From Octopus bimaculoides (lineage: Eukaryota), in assembly GCF_001194135.2 (NCBI RefSeq), contig NC_068998.1, forward strand, positions 11,383,389 through 11,420,202: 36,814 nucleotides of DNA. Reading direction: 5' to 3'. The notes under the pieces are model-generated. The model saw only the letters and a list, made by a program, of their open reading frames with translations, was not told the DNA's origin and searched no databases. Made by a program: the position numbers and the translations under genes. The number at the start of each line of letters is the position of its first letter. Position 1 is the first letter of the stretch. Below, one piece after another: positions 32,007 to 36,814 of the stretch.

Positions 32007-34954
32007 GGTGGTGACTGAAAGGACGGTTGCATTTATTTTGTTTTTAAATGTTTATCAGTATTTTCAAAGTAGACATAGATAACCACAGCAAATACTGGAT
32101 GTTATTTTTACTTTCCTTTAATATAATTAATTACCGTATTCTGTATCCTGGGTCCTCAGCCAAATTTGGATATTACTTTTACTTTTCTGCACTGTAATTG
32201 GATGTTACTTTTAAAGACACATTTTTTGCATTTCATAGAATTTCCCTGGGTCATGCTTACACATAATTAGGCATAACTACAGATGTATACCCCCCACTAC
32301 CACCACCCAGACTTTAGTAACCGTAATCTATGCTGTTTGAAAAATATTCGTATAAAATTTCATTAAAAAATACCCATTTTCCTGAAAGTCATGAGAGGGG
32401 AAAATGTTGGGTCATGTGAATTTCCCAAAACTCCACTTCCCAACTCCTCAGAAAAATTTTTTCCAACAAATTTTTACATACACTCAATCAACAGGATCTA
32501 AGCAATTATTTAATTATTTGTTGAAACTTTTGTTAAAAAGAATCCATTTTTCTGGAATTTATGAGGCAACAAAGTCGGTGGGGTATATATCTGTAGTTAT
32601 GCCCATAATGATTCGATAGTTATTAAATGAAGTCACTATTTACAGATGCTTACATTTTTTTAATGTTTTCTGTGAGGTCCAGCTAGTAAATATTGTTATC
32701 GTACAAAAAAAAATTCATCACAAAAAAATCATGTAAAAAAATTGATGGAAACAATTGCAGTTATGAAAAGCTGGGAATCCAAAATTTCATGATTGCGAGT
32801 CCAGATTCGGCCCAGAATGTTTTTAATTTGCTCATGAAGTCGACCTGATTCCAAAATGGTATATGTTGGGCTACGGCCTCTAGGAGTAAAGTTAAGAAAG
32901 TGCGACACACTGACATTCGTATCTATTATATTAGATTGTAAATATTTTCTCGACTTTATGTTTGAAGCTCTGATGAAGCTAGAGGGTAATGCACAAGCAT
33001 TCAACTATGAGTGCATCATGCCTTGTAGCAGAAACAGCTGTAAGCTAATGAAGTTCATGACATAATTTCTCATACATTATTTACATTATTTACATTGGAC
33101 GGACATGTGTCTTCATCTTGTTTGTTGCTACCACAATGCTTCGGCTGATTTACACTCCAGCCTTCATCGGGTGTCCTGGTAGAATTTTGAAACCAACCTT
33201 GGGTTCTCGTTCCTAAGGTGTTTTTGCTGATGTTATTATTATTATTTAAGATTTTTTTGTATAATATTTTCCAGAGGGCATTGCTCAGTCAAAACAAGTG
33301 TGTCGTGTGAAAAAGAAGATCAATTATTCAACAGCTGAGGCTTACATTAATGCTGTACTTTCAAATATTCAAGATATTGCAGGTAAATTTTTACTTTATA
33401 CATGGGATTTCTCCATTCTTCTCTTTTATTCTTTAACTTGTTTCAGTCATTTGATTGCGGCCATACTGGAGCACTGCCTTAAAGGGTTTTCAGTTAAAGA
33501 AATCAAGCCTAGTACTGATCCTATCAGTCTATTTTGCCAAACTGCTAAGTTACAGGGACATAACCACACCAACATCGGTTGTCAAGCGATTCTACAACAA
33601 CTGTAACCCAATTTTTGCTAAGTTGACTTGTGCTTTGCCCAAGACATAATACACTGCCCAGACAGGGAGCTGAACTTACAACCTTATCATCATGAGTCCA
33701 ACAGCTTAACCACTCAGCCAAACATCATCACATAGACCAACCTATACATTTGTTAAAAGACATGAGTATTTTATGTATTCACTCATTGACCCTTTGGCAT
33801 TTGATTACAGATAAGATCACCACCATCAATTCATTGCATGGGAGTTCACTGCTATCAATTCATGATGAACTTTCTTGTGGTGAACTTGCTTCACAGTGAA
33901 CATTCCTTATGGTGAACCTTCCCTGCAGTGAACTGATAATGGTGAACCTTCCCAGCAGTGAATGGATGACAGTGAACTTACTGGACATGATAGCATTCAG
34001 ATTCCTTTGCCAAATTACTGCTTATTTATTCACATGGTTTTGAATTAGTCATACATTACGTTGTAGCTTCAAGATCTCAACGGTGTGTTTGTATATTTTT
34101 AGAATGACATTGTATGATAGGCGTGAGAGATTGGATCAGGTCAGTTTGAGCATAAAACAGGTAGAATATTTGGGCTGGATGTGACTGAATTACAAGCTGA
34201 AGGGTCACTATTCTGATGTAATTTCTCTTCTATTTTTATGAAATTTCAGAAGATCGTGCACATTACCTTAGCAAGGAGTTTCTTCAGTTATTCGCAGACA
34301 ACCAAACTAATTTCCAGTTTATAGAACCAATAACAGTAAGTTTTCTCTCTACTTTCTTTCAGAAATACTCAAATAAGTCAAGTATGATTAGTTATTTTAT
34401 TTTAGCGTGGCCGTTGCCAGTTCCGCCTGACTGGCCCTCGTGCCGGTGCCACATAAAAGCACCCACTACACTCTCAGAGTGGTTGGCGTTAGGAAGGGCA
34501 TCCAGCTGTAGAAACTCTGCCAGATCAGATTGGAGCCTGGTACAGCCATCTGGTTCGCCAGTCCTCAGTCAAATCGTCCAACCCATGCCAGCATGGAAAG
34601 CGGACGTTAAACGATGATGATGATGATGATGATGATGATTTTAAGATAAAGCAGAAAGCTTTTCCATTCCCCTTTCAATAAATGATAGGAACAATTGATT
34701 AAAGTTTGTTTAAACTGCTATAATGATGGTTCTTTTTCATTTTTTTTTTTGCTTTGCCCTGCCATTAATCTGCCTTGTTTTACCTCTTTTCCTTCCAGTG
34801 TTTGCAAGTTTTGTTACAACCCATTCTGGAAACCTTGATTCACTATGACCGTCTGGCCTTTCTCCAAGAAAGTGGATGTCGAGCATATCTGATACCATTG
34901 TTTAATGAACAGATTTCTCCACGGAATATCATAATTGTTGCAGAGAAGAAATGA
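20277..34954 (+). CDS. METTL25: Methyltransferase-like protein 25 family (METTL25/RRNAD1-type class I SAM-dependent methyltransferase), 10 coding exons, 469 aa
   Basis: join(20277..20438,22091..22156,24057..24278,24393..24498,24601..24882,27054..27183,27804..27895,33275..33382,34250..34335,34799..34954) = 1410 nt, one open frame, all GT..AG introns with consistent phases. Family motifs: FFVEEVW, MKKKHEI, SAM loop VDVGSGLGY (split by an intron), GLHCCGDL, SCCYH, FPMS, and C-terminal ILETLIHYDRLAFLQE...LFNEQISPRNIIIVAEKK*. The family call is firm; the paralog assignment (METTL25 vs METTL25B/RRNAD1) is not. Confidence 0.88.
21037..21400 (-). mobile_element. RTE/BovB-like LINE 3' end relic with C-terminal zinc finger
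   Basis: CKRDMRSHDQDVLRWEEVANDRSCWGQILQEGMK*...FKCSHCMCDCHSGVGLYSHR, with an in-frame stop. Confidence 0.72.
21475..21948 (+). mobile_element. SINE family A with expanded central region
   Basis: Head and tail match family A; extra sequence follows the (TA)n tract. Confidence 0.7.
23299..23589 (-). mobile_element. tRNA-derived SINE family B with 17-bp TSD and internal 3 x 45-bp tandem
   Basis: Head (minus) AAGGCAGCGAGCTGGCAGAA...GAGTTCAAATTC. Direct repeat AATCAGCTCTGTTTTCT at 23282-23298 and 23590-23606. Confidence 0.85.
26133..26398 (+). mobile_element. (GAT)n-tailed interspersed repeat (family C)
   Basis: AAAAAGCACCCACTACACTC...CCAACCCATGCTAGCATAGAAAGCGG...GATGATGAT. Confidence 0.8.
27277..27635 (-). 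mobile_element. (GAT)n-tailed interspersed repeat (SINE/LINE-tail family C)
   Basis: Reverse complement of the copies at 26133-26398 and 34407-34640. Confidence 0.8.
28218..28398 (+). mobile_element. SINE family A, 5' half
   Basis: Head to (TA)n tract; abuts an opposite-strand copy. Confidence 0.82.
28400..28730 (-). mobile_element. SINE family A, near full length
   Basis: Reverse complement of the family A consensus. Confidence 0.82.
28763..28992 (+). mobile_element. tRNA-derived SINE family B
   Basis: GGCGGTGAGCTGGCAGAA...GAGTTCAAATTCCGC...CTTTGCCTTTCATCC. Further diverged copies near 755-935, 5385-5612, 5640-5990, 19960-20200, 22960-23100 and 25190-25330. Confidence 0.82.
29500..29757 (-). 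mobile_element. Putative LTR relic (247 bp) with adjoining polypurine tract
   Basis: On the minus strand, AAAAAGGCAGA precedes TGCTGTGATG...CATTACAACA (TG..CA ends; termini match 8/10 as an inverted repeat). Internal TATAAATA. No gag/pol recognised. Confidence 0.45.
30234..31194 (+). mobile_element. Decayed pogo/Tc2-like DNA transposon (N-terminal HTH fragment plus right terminus), interrupted by a SINE
   Basis: 30234-30370 reads MSRTYESFAAKEKL/VEYAFERGNRA-NV*NWRKQYDKLKTLP across a frameshift (Brinker/POGK-type DNA-binding pattern). 31110-31194 ends ...AATTACATGGGTTTTTACGG|TA with a subterminal inverted segment. Confidence 0.45.
30559..30949 (+). mobile_element. Full-length SINE family A
   Basis: Colinear with 18758-19145; ends in an A-rich tail. 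Confidence 0.88.
31965..32002. repeat. (GA)n microsatellite
   Basis: Directly visible. Confidence 0.95.
33866..33978. repeat. Degenerate 14-16-bp minisatellite with TGAA(C) core
   Basis: Core starts at 33866, 33881, 33897, 33913, 33929, 33943, 33959 and 33973. Confidence 0.75.
34407..34640 (+). mobile_element. (GAT)n-tailed interspersed repeat (family C)
   Basis: Same family with a long GAT tail. More fragments near 6045-6240, 12960-13110, 14565-14720 and 20560-20690. Confidence 0.8.
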
Positions 34955-36376
34955 AAATACACATTTCAGTTTTTTTATAGATCACTGTCACTAATACCAT
35001 TTTGGTCTTATGGAACTAACAAGTCAGTTTGAAAATCGCCAACTGACCAAATTGATTGGATGTGAGGCTGTCTTCTGAAGCATCCATTGTTTGTTCCTAT
35101 CTTTGGTACCACAATGTGTTCTTCAGTGTCCTTTAATATTCAGTGGCTTAGTCCATCACTATCAAAACCTGTTGCCTAAGAAGACTGAGGTATGCATACA
35201 ACTAGAGATAATATCTCTCTTCTTCACCTTCCATCTTTACCAGTCATCAGCTCCAAGACCCTAACCGATCCACCATGGCAACAGACATTGGCCATCTCAT
35301 CTCACCATGAAGTGTTTTGATTGACAGATGACTGCCAACACTTATTTCCTCTCAGGGTACAGATGAACTTTGACTTCTCTGTGAGAGGGTTTTCCATCGT
35401 TTGACAGGTTTTTAATTTTAATTCTACTGGTTGTCCACACACTCTGCCCCCTAAAGTGGACATAAGGGTGTGTGTATCCTGAAGGTCTCCTCCACTTTAA
35501 CTAACCTTGGACTTCTGCACCTGGAAAGTTCCTAAGGCACAAGTCTGCACAAGGCTTATTTGGCAGTTACCTTTGCATGCATGTCCTTATATCTACACCA
35601 TTGATAAGGTCCAAAAGAAAAGCTAAGCATCAGTGTCATTGAAGATGTTGCTGTCAGATTGCGAAGAGCTGGGACTGATACTGCAAATCATCTTGTCTGG
35701 TTCCGTCCTGAACTTACTATTTTTCGTCAACCTCACTAAGATGGAAAATAAAGTTGACCTCAACAAAATTCAAACTAAGAACACAGAATGTTGGAACAAT
35801 TTACAGCATTCTGTAATGTGTGTGTCTGTGTGTGCGTGTGTGCGCATACATGCATACACATATAAATGCATGTATACATATGCATATACTGTATAACTAT
35901 TATGTGTTTCGATAACTTACAGTACTGATTCTAATTTTCCATCCATCCATCTATCCATCCATTTCCTCTGCCCGCCATTCCTGGGAGGGTTGTGGAGTTA
36001 GAGTCCTCGGACACCTCCTCCATAGGGTCCAGTCAGAAGCAACCATTATTAGACTTTCTGGTTGGATTCCCAGTAGTGACCAACTGAGATTATCAATGTT
36101 ATCCAACTATCTCCATTTTGATCTACCACCATACAATTGTATTTAATAAATTATGTTTAAAACAGATCATCATAATTATTTTGTTGTCTTGGGAGGGCTG
36201 TTACACCAATAATAACGACACATGCACTGGTTCAGTATCACTTCTTATTTGTTAATCATTTGGTTGAATATCTAACCAACTAACTAATCAATCATTTTAT
36301 TTAATGTGCTGGTTAAACAACCAATCAGTTGTTTGTCAGTCAAAATTCTTTCATCACTACTCACAACCTTTTCAGT

Positions 36377-36381
<5 letters not shown>

Positions 36382-36452
<71 letters not shown>
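36382..36452. repeat. (CT)n microsatellite
   Basis: Directly visible. Confidence 0.95.
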
Positions 36453-36454
<2 letters not shown>

Positions 36455-36539
36455 GTTTGCTTTAGTCTGTCCAATAATTGATCTTATGCCTGTGTGAACG
36501 TATGAAGTATCTTAATTATAGTTTTAATGTCAAATTTCC

Positions 36540-36814
36540 CTTACTTATTCTATCGACTTCTTTTGCCAAATTGCTAAGTTACAAGGACATAAACACATGA
36601 CTACCAGTTGTCAAGCAGTGGTGTGGGACAAACATAGACACAACCTCCTCCCTACACACACACCATCTGAAAGGTTTTAGCCTAATTCTCATTCTGTCAG
36701 TCTCTTTAACCAAACCGCTAAGTTATGGGGACAAAACACCAACACTGGTTGTCAAGTAGTGGTGGGGTACAAACACAAGTACATACACATATGTATATAT
36801 ATAATATATATATA
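36540..36814 (-). mobile_element. Two adjacent SINE family A 3' fragments
   Basis: Two tandem matches to CTTATTC..TCAGTCTCTTT..CCAAACCGCTAAGTTA...CTGGTTGTCAAG. Confidence 0.65.

Noticed and set aside
35050-36350. Possible further retroelement debris after the METTL25 stop ((ATCC)n-tailed segment near 35940, TGTTACA-bounded segment near 36193)
   Set aside because: No translatable motifs or defined boundaries; too weak to call.
297-36497. Numerous short ORFs rich in YI, CV, HT, SL or ER dipeptides
   Set aside because: They are translations of microsatellites and SINEs, not genes.

Overview
AT-rich, repeat-dense eukaryotic genomic DNA. The SINE families look like those of octopus (coleoid cephalopods); that taxon call is pattern recognition, not a database result. 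Most ORFs in the supplied track are spurious. By hand-splicing I reconstruct three intron-containing housekeeping genes. (1) ISCA1, + strand, complete, 4 exons, 131 aa. (2) EXOSC3/RRP40, - strand, 3 exons visible; the terminal KH-domain exon is not in the sequenced bases and probably lies in the 477-N gap. (3) A METTL25-family SAM methyltransferase, + strand, complete, 10 coding exons, 469 aa, head-to-head with EXOSC3. The rest is tRNA-derived SINEs, RTE LINE relics, a CRE-like retrotransposon tail, mariner and pogo relics, several MITEs and microsatellites. I found no convincing new multi-gene system. The most unusual items are transposon-level: a hairpin MITE carrying telomeric TTAGGG/G-quadruplex sequence with an 8-bp TSD, a Tc1/mariner MITE whose interior became an 85-bp tandem array, a GC-rich CRE-type retroelement tail, and inverted SINE pairs in METTL25 introns that could form dsRNA. 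Exon, TIR and TSD coordinates were counted by hand; SINE and LINE boundaries are approximate.
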